Assembly (NCBI RefSeq): GCF_001194135.2
Contig: NC_068991.1
Location: 22,422,816 to 22,464,572 of the forward strand
DNA: 41,757 nucleotides
Source of the DNA: Octopus bimaculoides
Lineage: Eukaryota
Direction: 5' to 3'
Positions 1 through 11,233 of this stretch are shown here, piece after piece. Positions within the stretch are counted from its first letter, which is position 1, and each line of letters starts with the position of its first letter. The position numbers and the translations under genes are program-made. The notes under the pieces are model-generated. The model searched no databases and was not told where the DNA came from. It saw nothing but the letters and a program-made list of their open reading frames with translations.

Positions 1-29
1 AAGTGTAAGAAACTATAGGAAATGTAGGT

Positions 30-120
30 GAATGAAGGAAGAGAGAGGGAAAGAGAGAGAGAGAAAGAGAGAGAGAGAGAAAGAGAGAGAGAAGGAAGGA
101 GGGAGGGAGGGAGGGAGGAA
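30..120. repeat. (GA)n/(GGGA)n purine microsatellite
   Basis: Direct reading; it explains the low-complexity ORFs 13..279 and 28..243. Confidence 0.9.
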
Positions 121-519
121 AGAAAACTGGTCAGTCAGACAGACAAGTGGGCAGACATTCTGACAGACATTAGAGATATGTGGGTTAATTCTGTAAATGT
201 CAAATTCTGTTCCAGTCACATCCAGTTCTGGGAAATTAAATGATTCATCCCCCACCCTTATTTCTACTCTCATATCCAATCCTAGCTGCTACCCTCAACC
301 ATTCCACTACCCTGCCACCCTGATAGGCACATTCTATTTTTCACATTTGTTTATCTACCACACTTTCCTACCACCTGCTTTTGTCTCTGAATTATGGAAT
401 TACTGCTTTCCTGTTAATTAACATCAAAGTGGCAGAAAGGAAATTAGTGCCAGGCAGTATGTTGCTGGAGGTCAATTCAAGGAATAGAGGTCAGGGGTTA
501 TGTGTTAGGTGGTTAAGGT

Positions 520-612
520 TGAGTGGGTGAGAAGTGATAATGTATTTCAGAGATCTAAACAGTGTCCAAGTAAATAATGGATTAGCTGAATCAGATCCAG
601 GAACTTAAATGA
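520..612. repeat. Dispersed repeat copy; inverted counterpart at about 5806-5900
   Basis: gagtgggtgagaagtgataatgtatttcaga...gtgtccaagtaaataatggattagctgaatcaga is the reverse complement of ctgattcagctaatc...atccattatttacttggacac...tctgaaatgcattatcacttctcacccactca at about 5.81-5.90 kb. Confidence 0.75.
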
Positions 613-628
613 GTTTCTTAATGTACAT

Positions 629-630
<2 letters not shown>

Positions 631-695
<65 letters not shown>
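631..695. repeat. (GT)n(GA)n compound microsatellite
   Basis: Direct reading. Confidence 0.95.
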
Positions 696-799
696 CATGC
701 ATGCATGTGTGTATATCTAAAAGTTTAATCTTGCTCCACCAGTATTGCATTCAAAATGATAACTGAACTGTGGAAATTTAATTTAAAAGATATAATCTT

Positions 800-1290
800 A
801 TGAATATGCAGACTAGTTCTGCAATGCACCAACAGATGGCAGCCCATGGTTGCATTCCACAGTGAGAGCTAGGAGTGACCTTCATGAAGCAGTGTGCTAA
901 GTGATATCACTGTGTTTACTTTGCAAGTTGTGAAATTTGTGTTTTGTAATCATGTGTATGTTGTAGTCTGCGATTTTTGTCATGGACTGGAAGTTGAAAC
1001 AAAGAGCCAATGTGAAATTTTGCGTTAAACTTGGGAAGTCTGCTTCAGAAACATTGAGCATGCTTTGGCAAGCTTATGGTGATGATGTAATGGGTCATAC
1101 ACAATGTTTCAAGTGGCATGCATGCTTCAAAAGGGGAAGAACGTCCCTGGAAAATGAAGAGTAATTTGGAAGACCTGCCACAAGCACTACCCCCAGAACT
1201 GTGGAGAAAATTCATCAGCTTGTGCATGAGGATCATTGGAGGACAATCAATGACATTACTGATGTTATTGGTCTGTCGTATGGGACAGTT
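800..1290 (+). mobile_element. Mariner transposon 5' fragment (N-terminal HTH region), truncated by the adjacent inverted-repeat element
   Basis: ORF 982..1164 MDWKLKQRANVKFCVKLGKSASETLSMLWQAYGDDVMGHTQCFKWHACFKRGRTSLENEE reads through a stop into FGRPATSTTPRTVEKIHQLVHEDHWRTINDITDVIGLSYGTV. This is a typical mariner paired-like HTH with the GRP linker. Confidence 0.9.
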
Positions 1291-1340
1291 TCAAAATAAG
1301 GTGATTAAAAACAAAATAAGCAACAGGATATCCAGAGGTA

Positions 1341-1428
1341 ACGCAGTACAATCATGTCAAGCAACTCCATTTAATTGAACAATGCAACCATTACATCAAT
1401 TTAAATGCAGAGCAATCCTCAGCTGCAT
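1341..1428 (-). ncRNA. Hammerhead ribozyme motif (type I), degenerate copy with GAAA changed to GACA
   Basis: Minus strand: ATGCAG-CTGAGGA-long stem II-GACA-TGATT-GTA-CTGCGT. Confidence 0.55.
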
Positions 1429-1718
1429 AAATACATAGAATTAAATTAAATTAAAACAGATGGACACATTAGTATAATTTTACCTAAAACCTCCAAGAAG
1501 GTAAGGAGATAGACAAAGAACATGCTGTCTTCACTTCAGCTTAGAAGCTACTAAGGTATCAGGAAGAAAGACTTGTTAGAGATCTAGCTTGTCACTGTTT
1601 TTTGGGGTCAGTTTTAATTTGGAGGTTTTAGGTAAAATTATAGTTTTAATTTGGAGGTTTTAGGTAGAATTATACTAATATGTCCATCTGTTTTAATTTA
1701 ATTTAATTCTATGTATTT

Positions 1719-1806
1719 ATGCAGCTGATGATTGCTCTGCATTTAAATTGATGTAATGGTTGCATTGTTTAATTAAATGGAGTCGCTTGAAACAATCGTA
1801 CTGCAT
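1719..1806 (+). ncRNA. Hammerhead ribozyme motif (type I), canonical core
   Basis: Stem I ATGCAG(1719-24)/CTGCAT(1801-06), core CTGATGA(1725-31), extended stem II hairpin (1732-88), GAAA(1789-92), stem III AC-aatc-GT and cleavage triplet GUA(1798-1800). Confidence 0.72.
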
Positions 1807-1866
1807 TAGCTCTNNNNNNNNNNNNNNNNNNNNNNNNNNNNNNNNNNNNNNNNNNNNNNNNNNNNN

Positions 1867-3112
1867 TAGTAAGGTATATGGTAAACTTTGACAGCTGCTC
1901 ATTTTCTGCCATTATTATATTTTGATAATATTCATTTTTTGTTAGAAAACTGACACATCTATTTCTTTATTCTAACTCATTTTTCACTTTATAAAGTATT
2001 TATAAATCGTTTTTTGCTATTTTTGTTAAGAGATAGATAAGTCAGAAATTCGTACAGTTTTGAAATATGAGTTTTTTCTTGGAAATACAACATCACAGAC
2101 AGCTCAGAATATTAATGGAGTATTTCATTCTAATGTTGTTACACAGCAAACAGTATCAAATTGGTTTGCAAAATTTCGTTCTGGCAACTTTGACCTCACA
2201 AATGTGCAACACGGTCAACCAGAAACAAAGGTGGATAATGACGAACTGAAAGCCACTGTTGAGTAAGATCCATCTCAAAGTGCCCGTGAATTATCGTTGT
2301 TGTTTGGTGTTAGCGAACAAACAATATTGACTCACCTAGTTCAAATTGGTAAAGTGAAAAAGTTGGATAAGTGGGTTCCACATGAACTCAATGAAAATCA
2401 GAAACAGCAACGTTTGGAAGCCTGCATTATGCTACTTTCTTGTCACAAAAATGAATCATTTTTTAATTGAATTGTAAGATATGATGAGAAATGGATCTAA
2501 TACAACAACTGTAAATGTTCAGCACAAAGATGAGCCACCAAAACAGTCCAAAAAGCAAAATTCATCAAAAGAAGCTGATGGTGTGTGTTTGGTGGTCTTG
2601 CGCAAGTGTGGTCCATTATGATTTCATTAAACCTGGTTCATCAATCACAGCCAAAGTATACTGTAGCCAACTGGACCAAATGATGCAGAAACTTACAAAA
2701 AAACAGCCTAGATTAGTCAACAGATCCACTCCTATTTTATTGCAAGACAATACCAGACCACACATTGCAAAATGACATTGGCGAAACTACAGGAGCAGGA
2801 GTTGGAAGTTCTCCATCATCCACCATACTCACCTGATCTTGCCCCCACTGACTACCACTTCTTCCAGAATTTGGATAACTGTTTGATAGGAAAAAAATTT
2901 AATTTCAACGATGCTGTAAACAGGCCTTCCAAGATTTTATTGACTCTAGATTGCCAGGCTTTTACAGTTCCAGGCTGGAGAAGCTACCGCTGAAATGGCA
3001 AACGCGTATTGACAATATAGGTGCATACTTTGATGAATAAAACTATTCCTTGTATTCATAAAACATTAGTAAACTTTTTTCTTTTCTACAAATTTCATAC
3101 TTGATGACCTAA
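1867..3112 (+). mobile_element. Near full-length defective mariner transposon (Hsmar1/Mos1-like, D,D34D)
   Basis: Broken frames give MKYEFFLGNTTSQTAQNINGVF..., KWVPHEL, YDEKWI, LLQDNTRPH and HPPYSPDLAPTDYHFFQNLDN. The right TIR-like end is ...ttgatgacctaa at 3112; the left TIR probably lies in the N gap. Confidence 0.95.
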
Positions 3113-3264
3113 TCTATATATATAAAATGTAGCTCATGGGCTGGTTCTTTTGCGTATGACAATGTATTTATGGGGTAGCACATATAATTATGTACATATA
3201 ATATACACGTGTATGCACCCACAAGCACATATATGCATAAATACATACACACATATATGTATTC

Positions 3265-3470
3265 ACCATGATAGATCGCTAGCCACTACACATTCTTTAT
3301 TTTCTCTCCTTGTTTCTTTCTGTGTTCCTTTCTGTGGAAGAGCATAGGCTTGAAACGTTGAAGACTTTTTCACTTCCCAAGCGTTATACTAATACATCTG
3401 TTTGTTGTCTACACCACCTGTCTTCGTCTTTTGTTTTCTTTTGTGAATTTTCCCTATATATATATATATA
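3265..3470 (+). mobile_element. Short Penelope-derived or SINE-like element ending in (TA)n, containing a minimal hammerhead-like motif
   Basis: Discrete CT-rich module ending ...ttttccc(TA)n, with an internal motif at 3328-3363. Confidence 0.55.
3328..3363 (+). ncRNA. Minimal hammerhead-like motif with variant core (U at position 6)
   Basis: CTTT-CTGTGGA-A-GAGC atag GCTT-GAAA-CGTT-GAAG, with the palindrome AACGTT at stem III. Confidence 0.45.
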
Positions 3471-3904
3471 TAAACAAATAACAACAGATGGATAATGAGT
3501 CAGTCCACTATGGCTGTTTCCAGCAAGTTTTTAATTGATTAATGGAGAAATTACATCATTAGAAAAAACTGTTTTCATCAGGTTAATACATAAATCACAA
3601 CATTCAAAAACATTCAAAAGCCAACAGTTTGTGCCACTTCATAATTCTATGCAGGTCATAAGAATGAATTTGTTCAGTTTGGCTGTATCATAGGAGAAAA
3701 ATGCTGTGAGGTTAGGAGTGGTTAGTGGGGTAACAAAGATTTATAACAATGAAGGAGGTTAGAGGATGGGCTAAGAGGAAAATCAGATAGCAAAGCATCT
3801 CGCCCCTACAACTAAGATAGAGTTAATTTTTTTATCTTTTATTTCTATTCAACAAGAGGGTTTGGGGCTAAGTTCAAAGGTCAAGGTTAACCAATTACTT
3901 ATTT

Positions 3905-5350
3905 ATTTATTTAACAACCTTCTATATGCCTCGACATATTTCCAAGTTTTTTTGTTTATAATGGTGATATCACTTCTAGTGTCTAATTTCATTTTAACAT
4001 TTATATTTCTGATTTTTACCTTCACGAATTTCCTCATCGTTATATTACCAATTTCTCCCAATGATATACTATTTATTCTTTTTCCTTTTGTTCTGACGTT
4101 TTGTCATCTTCGTTCTACAATGCATCTTTATATGTCCTCTATTTCCACAATGACAGCACTCCGCTTTCTTAAATGGACAATTTTTTCCCCCGATGTATAC
4201 CTCCACATACAAAACATGAGTCTATTTCCTGATTTTTGTTGTGTTTTTTAAAAAACACTTTATCTCTATTCTGACTATTTCGCACTTGCTCGTCTTAATT
4301 TGACTATCCTTTCACATTCTTCTGACACTTGCTGTAGGGTTACATCTAGTTTTGTTCTTGCTTTGTGAGAATTTTAGTTCTGTGTCCTTTTTGGCAGTAA
4401 GTCCCTGTGTAAAAATCAGGCATTTGAACATAACTGGCATTAATTCATCCAGCTTAAACTTCTCGCATTCCCTGCTTACTCTACCAGTATATGTGATGTA
4501 GTCCTCGTCATTGTTTTTCTCTATGTTCAGATATTTCTAATGTGTGTTGAACAATGAGCTTTTTTCACAGCAAAATTTTACACAATATATCTATTGTTTC
4601 AATACAGTTTACATCCGAAGGTTTTCTTGAGAGTACATAATTACTGTATCGTTCATGATCTGCAGCTACCAGTTTTCTCAAGATTAAGCACATTTTCATC
4701 TTATTGTCCCAATCTTTACATTCTTTCTCAAAGATTTGCTCATATCTTCTGTAGTATTCTTTGAAGGTAACTCCTTCGCCAGGTTTGTATTTCAACTCTG
4801 TTATGGAATTTGCAACATAGTCTGACGAGAACATTTTTTCTGAATTCCCTGACAACTTCAGTAATTGCAGCATTTGTTGCTGTAATATTATTTGTTGTTG
4901 TTGCTTCTATTGTTGCCCTTGCAGTTGTATCTGCTGTTGTTGTTGCTGTTTTTGCAACTTGAGCAAAGTTTCCAACAAATTTTCCATACTTTTACGATTT
5001 TTCATGAAATTCGTACACCAACTTTATGAGTTCATAAACACCTCTTCAAGTTTCTATTAACTTCATGTGAATTGGTTTATCCTTATCAAATTTATTAATT
5101 CCTCATGAGTTGTTTAAGTCCTCATCACCACTGTTATAATCCTTAAAAATGTTGGATTGTTATAATATCCACTTTGGTATACAGTATACTTAGTAAAATC
5201 AGTAAAGAACAACTATCTCTGACCACCTACTACATACTACGGTACTTCACGTACTTCTCTTTACTTATAGTAACTATGTTATTCCAGTCATCATGTGGGA
5301 GGGGTTACTATTATTACTAATTTCCTACAACAAATAGAATATATGATAAC
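3905..5350 (-). mobile_element. Ty3/gypsy LTR retrotransposon 5' fragment (LTR end, PBS, gag, zinc knuckle, start of protease)
   Basis: Minus-strand translation includes FSSDYVANSITELKYKPGEGVTFKEYYRRYEQIF...LILRKL, RECEKFKLDELMPVMFKCLIFTQGL, CFVCGGIH...CCHCGNRGHIKMHC (CX2CX4HX4C) and VKMKLDTRSDITII (protease D-T-G changed to D-T-R). The LTR end ...ATAACA is at 5132. The far LTR boundary is approximate. Confidence 0.88.
5119..5130 (-). promoter_or_regulatory. Primer-binding site, probably tRNA-Ser(GCU)
   Basis: TGGTGATGAGGA lies one base after the LTR end ATAACA. It equals TGGCGACGAGGA, the complement of the tRNA-Ser(GCU) 3' end, with two CpG-to-TpG changes. Confidence 0.65.
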
Positions 5351-6384
5351 CATAGTTCAATAATTCTAATAATGTAATTTCTCCATTAATTAAAAACTCA
5401 TTGGATACAGCTGTAGTGGATTGACACAATATCCATCTGTTGTTATTTGTTTATTTATTATTCGCCACTCTCAGAACCTGCTCCTTACATGGATCTGAAG
5501 TATATTGTGGACCGTACATTTCGTGCAATGTACGTTTCCTAGTGTAGCCTTAGGGCTCATGATATACTCAGTCAGGTGCAATTAATTGTATACATGTCCT
5601 GAATATCTTTCTACCTGTACTTTGGTACCCACATATATATTCCTCTACTTTTGTTGTGCATTTTTGACCCGACTTGGTGCCTTACCATTTGAGTGCCATA
5701 TTCACTCAAATCCTGATCTATTATATTCTTTTATTCTTTTACTTGTTTCAGTCATTTAACTGCAACAATGCTGGAGCAATATATATATATATTATATTTA
5801 GGTCCCAGGGTCTGATTCAGCTAATCTATTATTTAATCCATTATTTACTTGGACACGATCCAGATGTCTGAAATGCATTATCACTTCTCACCCACTCACC
5901 CATAAGAGTTTATCTTATATATAGTATTTGATATGCATTTATTTGTCTATATATAGGCTCCTAGTGTAAAGTTTCCCTCGCCTCGTCTTACAAGCTGCAT
6001 GGCAACCTCACAAGTGTTGGTGGTTAAAAACAAAAACACAGAGCACATATAAATCATGTACATGCATGTTTGTATATGTATATGTGTATGTGTGTGTGTG
6101 TGTGTGTGTCTGTGTGTGTCAGTATGTATGTGTGTGAAGATGTATATATGTATGTATGTCTATCTGGCAGCCTGTCTGTGTGTCTGTCTGTATGTATATG
6201 AGTAAATTCTGATGTTACCTGTACAGAGGAACATAAAGCACTTAGAATAAAGATCTCAAAATTTTAGGACTGATTGTCAATGTTTTCTTAAAGCTGCAAA
6301 TTCAAGAAAATGCTGTTCATTTCATTGAATATCATACATTGTAATGAAATATATATGAAGATGTGTATAATTGAATCATTATAA

Positions 6385-6560
6385 ATCGTCAAGCACCCAC
6401 TACACTCTCGGAGTGGTTGGCATTAGGAAGGGCATCCAGCTGTAGAAACTCTGCCAAATCAGATTGGAGCCTGGTGTAGCTTCCTGGTCCACCAGTCCTC
6501 AGTCAAATCGTCCAACCCATGCTAGCATGGAAAGCGGACGTTAAACGATGACAACGATGA
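6385..6560 (+). mobile_element. SINE 3' part with RTE-like tail ending in (GAT)n
   Basis: Near-identical reverse complement of 41530-41710 (ggaagggcatccagctgtagaaactctgccaaatcagattggagcctgg...catgctagcatggaaagcggacgttaaacgatga). Confidence 0.85.
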
Positions 6561-7269
6561 AGTTCCTGGTTTTAACATTTAAAATCTGACCACTACACTC
6601 TCCACTAAAGAACCTTCAGTTTACTTGGCTTCTTTCGTCTCGACCTGCTTACTGTTTCACCTTCTCAGAACTGTAGCTTCCTACATGTTCCTTTCTCATC
6701 ATGTTTTCCCACCATTCATTGCCCTACGGAAGTTCAAGCTGAATGTTAATTGTATTTACATCACTAATCTGAAAAGGTTTCTGAATGTTTGGGGTTCAAC
6801 TCCTTTTTGTCAGGCCAACTTATAAAATAAATATAAATGGCAGAACTGAAATAACAGGTTTGAAAATGGGAGAGAGACATAGAATGAATCTTCATCAAAT
6901 AATTATTTGAGATTTAGCTTTCCTTCGAGAGCTCAGTGCTGAATATATATGTTTGTTGTCGTTGTTTAGCCCCAGGACAACCAGGATTGAGAAGGCCTAT
7001 GATCAAAGACATTCCATCTTCTTTGTAGACATGGCACACCTTAGGCTACATTACCAATGCACCTTCCTGTTTTAAGATATTAGGTGTTATTTGAAGTCGA
7101 TTTCATTGTCAATCCAGGTAAATTGAATGACTGCTAGCTTGTTGAAATATAATTATCTACATTGGTAGATTCCACTAATGAATTAATTACCTTTCACTTT
7201 AAAACATATGTGGCTTTAGTCTGAAACAATTTTCACAAAACACACACACACACACACATATGTGCAAGC

Positions 7270-7370
7270 AGAGAGAGAGAAAGAGAGCGAGAGAGAAAGA
7301 GAGCGAGAGAGAAAGAGAGCGAGAGAGAAAGAGAGCGAGAGAGAAAGAGAGCGAGAGAGAGAGAGAGTCA
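7270..7370. repeat. Tandem 12-mer (GAGAGAAAGAGC)n
   Basis: Direct reading. Confidence 0.9.
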
Positions 7371-8619
7371 GTTAGTTGAATTAAAGAAAGAAAATCTGCA
7401 TGGAATTGAATATGTTGTACAATATTTTGACGGTGAGTGAGAATAGAGATTAAAGCAGTCTGTGAGTGTCTGGTCAGAGACATGAATTAATGAAGAGAAT
7501 AGCTGGTGTAATCGATAGAAAAATAATGAAAGATATTTTTTTTACACTGCCTGTATCAGTGAAGAAGCCTGTTTTTAGGTGCTCAGCCTACTAGAAACAG
7601 CAGCCAAATCTTCCCGAAATTAAATCCTAGTCTTTTTAAAAAGGAAACATTGGATACTATAGAGCCTAGATATTTTTTAATGGCTTAGCCAGAGGAGTAA
7701 GTAGTAAGTCCATGACCATTTTAAGGGCCTTTCAGATTAATGGGAAGAAGTTATCTTCAGATAGGATCCTGGTTCAAATGCTTGCAACAGAGTGGACTTT
7801 GCTAAAGACTCCTAGGAGTCAGATAACAGTATTATACTAGATGACTGATAGAGTCTACCACTCAAGAGCAAGAATGACTCCAACACCAATGAGCCTCTAT
7901 ATAGTTTCTATCAATCAAACATTACCTACAAGGTATAGGTTGATATGACCGCACTATGGTCAAGGCTGAATTAAGGTTACTGAGGCTTAGCAACAACAAT
8001 GTCACCATTGACAACACCAGCAGCAGCACCAACAACAACAAAATAAACAAAAACAAAAAGGCTAGCAGAATTGTGGTGAAGTCATCAAGTAACATAAACA
8101 AGTTAGTAACCAAATAAATTTCTGATTGATGAGCATATTATGAGAACAGTTGTTGTTGCTTAACTACAGGCTAACCCTGATTAGGCAGTCATATAAGCAG
8201 GAAGCATTCCAACCATAACCAACTCTTTTTTTTTCCAACTTACAATGTGTGTGTGTGTGTATGTGTGTGTGCGTGCGCGCGCGCGTGTTTTTGTGTGTGT
8301 ATGTGTGTACATAGGTATATATGCATTGTATCTATACATTTTATTTATTTATTTATGTGTTTCAGCCAAGTGGCTGCGGTCATGCTGGTGCACCACCGTG
8401 GTATATATATTTTATATATATATACACACATAAAGTTTGACTGTCTACTTTGTATATATACAAGTTCTACTGTCTGTTTTGTCATGACTTCTATGGGTAG
8501 ATGCCCTTCTTAACACCAGCCATTTTGCAGAGTGTACCAGGTGCTTTTTATGTGGCACTAGCACCAGTGACCTCACTAAGTAACTTACGAGACTGAATGC
8601 GGGAGTAGTATTGAAGAAG

Positions 8620-8673
<54 letters not shown>

Positions 8674-8676
<3 letters not shown>

Positions 8677-9763
8677 TAGCTGAGCTACCCAGTAATACCC
8701 GGGAACAGGGATATTCCCAGTACCCATTACAATGCCTAATTTCTCTCAGTTGAAAAATGAAATCAAGACATAGGACAGATAACAGAAGGTATTAGTAAAA
8801 TCATTGACAAAACAATAATACAAATAAATACGTGTGGAATCAGAAAATGACAATCGTTTGGTCAGATGAGTGGAAAGCTGCAAATATATAATCAATGGAA
8901 ACATCAAGAGAATTGTAAAGGAGTGCTATGAAAAAAAAAAAGAACATAAAAGTTTGAAAAGTAAACAAAAAATTAAATTGAGAAAAGAGATTTTATACTT
9001 ACAAAAATGGCTGAAATGGAGAGGCAACAACGTGGTGGTTATAAGAGTCGTAAGATGCTACGAGGAGGAAGAAAAAGCTTACAAATATGGTGATTTTTGT
9101 CATTTTTGGGCAAATTCTCTTGCAACCCAAGAGAAAATTTTAAGTGCACACATACTTAATTTGACGATTGTGTATAGTTCCACTGATCGTGAAAATCAAA
9201 TATCGATTGCAACGGTTAGAACCAACAATTTAAGTGCAGGTGTTAAGAAAATACATGTTTTAACACACAACGCAGCAACATTTAGAATCGATAATTTTAT
9301 GTTACAGCAACCTGAGAATGCTGAAATAATTGATGAACATTTTTAATCCCACAACAATTTAGGCCAAATTTCGTAAATCAGGTAATCAAAAATCATCTTA
9401 TGCTTTGTTTGAGTGGCCTAGATAAAAAATTATTTGTCTCAACCCATCCTTAGTGCATATTCCATCTGTGTATAAAATTTCAAGAAAATCGGTTGAAACT
9501 TTAAAAGTTATGGCAAAAAATAACATTCATATGAGAATTTGCATTGAAATGCCCTATCGATCTTTGAAAAATCGATGCTGATAAAAAATTATCGATGTTT
9601 TTGAAATTTCAAGTGTGTAAGTAACTACATGGACATAAACCGTCCACATGTGTCAAGTTTCATCAAGATCAGTTGAATAGTCTTGGAGGAGTTAAAGTAA
9701 CAAATTCATGAACACACACATACAGCCACAAACAGACAGAAATTGCCATTTATGTATATAGAT
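8674..9763 (+). mobile_element. Non-autonomous Helitron/Helentron-associated (DINE-1-like) element
   Basis: Starts TACTAGC...ACCC inside a (TA)n tract and ends ...CATTTATGTATATAGAT. It has the internally repeated core aaatttcaagaaaatcggttga / aagtttcatcaagatcagttga and a short 5' hairpin GGGA-TAT-TCCC. Confidence 0.6.
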
Positions 9764-9764
9764 G

Positions 9765-9766
9765 GT

Positions 9767-9816
<50 letters not shown>

Positions 9817-9847
9817 CTATATCTATCTATCTATCTATCTATCTACA

Positions 9848-9883
<36 letters not shown>

Positions 9884-9895
9884 TATTTATATATA
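9765..9895. repeat. (CA)n(TATC)n(TACA)n(TA)n compound microsatellite
   Basis: Direct reading. Confidence 0.95.
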
Positions 9896-10044
9896 TNNNN
9901 NNNNNNNNNNNNNNNNNNNNNNNNNNNNNNNNNNNNNNNNNNNNNNNNNNNNNNNNNATATATATATATATATATATACACATATATAAATACATGGAAG
10001 GTGCTCATTAAACAATGATGATGATGATAATATATATACATACA

Positions 10045-11233
10045 CACAGAGGATGCAAGGGATATTTGAAGACATTTAATTATCAGTACGCAAATTAAAA
10101 GGTCTTTATTTCTTTCCGGTTCTCCAATGACAGATATAATGCAAGAAATGAAAAGACATCCAGTCACTGTTGCCGTATGTGCAGAACACACCGATTTAGA
10201 AATTGCCAACTTTCTTAATGTTGCAAGATGTTTTGTACACAGTGTTTGGATGGAATTGGAAATCTCTGGTTGAAATATTTCAACTGTACATTCTAAATAC
10301 CTAAATGTTCAAAGACTATAAGGACACCACAATTTCATTCAACAGGTTCAAAACATTATCAACTATGAATCTGGAAAATAAATGAAGACCATTGTCAAAG
10401 AACTTCAAGTGCCATAGTGGACTACCAAAACTGTGGTGCGTGAGGACGTTCAATGCTGTGTACTGAGGGGAGGCCAGTTCATGTTTGCAAAGACACAGAG
10501 AAACTGTTTCATCTGTGCCAAGCCATCACTTAACAAGCTTAAAATCTCTTGTGAACATGGCATGCTTTGATTCTTCAACTAGACCAAAAGTCTAATGAGT
10601 GGAATGATAGATGCTCAGTGCAGATATTACTGATGTCCACAGAATGATGTGCACTAAATTTTCAGTGACTGTGATAGATTTAGGAGTGGTGAGTAATGAA
10701 AATGGTGCTACCTCATATTATTCCACAAGGTCTTAGAATTAATGCCAAGGTTCTGGAAACAGTTGATAAGTCATGGATGGATGAAATATGCAGTGGAAGG
10801 CCATATGTGTTTCAACAAGACTCAACACCTTCTGACAAAGCCCATAGTAAAACAAGAATGGATGTCAGACAATCTTTATGATCCTGTAACACCAAATTTG
10901 TGGACTCTATACTTACTGGATTTAATCCCATGAACTAATACTTTTAGAGCAGTGTTGAAAGAAAGACTAATTGACACCTACACAGTATTATAAGTTTCAC
11001 TGAAGGCCACCATTATTCAGTTGAATAAGGATCACTTAATGCAGGCATATCAACAATCTGAGTTTGGCACTGAAGCATTCATCAAGGTTGAAGTCAGATT
11101 CATGGAATAATCTTGTAAAAATGTTTATTGAGAACATATGCACAAATTTTTATTAAAATACATTTGGTTTTGCTAGATTAGAGTAATTTTAATAAATTAC
11201 CAAATATCTCCTCAAACACCTCACTCACCCTGA
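10045..11233 (+). mobile_element. Defective Tc1/mariner-superfamily transposon, maT/Bmmar1-like (DD37D)
   Basis: Fragments EMKRHPVTVAVCAEHTDLEIANFLNVARCFVH, LPHIIPQGLRINAKVLETVDKSWMDEICSGRPYVFQQDSTPSDK and QEWMSDNLYDPVTPNLWTLYLLDLIP (a degenerate WPPNSPDLNP). The termini are loosely inverted. Confidence 0.8.

Larger units (their letters stand above)
1330..1813. mobile_element. Head-to-head inverted repeat (arms about 1330-1496 and 1651-1813+), putative Penelope-type pseudo-LTR pair
   Basis: The arms are reverse complements over about 165 bp, roughly 90-95% identical by eye. The right arm runs into the N gap. The spacer contains a tandem duplication of gttttaatttggaggttttaggta[a/g]aattata. 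Confidence 0.85.

Noticed and set aside
3862-4251. 129-aa hydrophobic plus-strand ORF
   Set aside because: It is the antisense shadow of the A-rich gypsy gag/protease region.
5495-5580. Hairpin CGTACATT/AATGTACG preceded on the minus strand by GAAA and followed by GUC
   Set aside because: No acceptable CUGANGA core or stem II could be placed upstream, so it is not called a hammerhead.
6630-6745. Minus-strand stop-free segment with AG/GTAAGC borders (LNFRRAMNGGENMMRKEHVGSYSSEKVK)
   Set aside because: There is no recognisable homology, the acceptor is weak and no partner exons were found.
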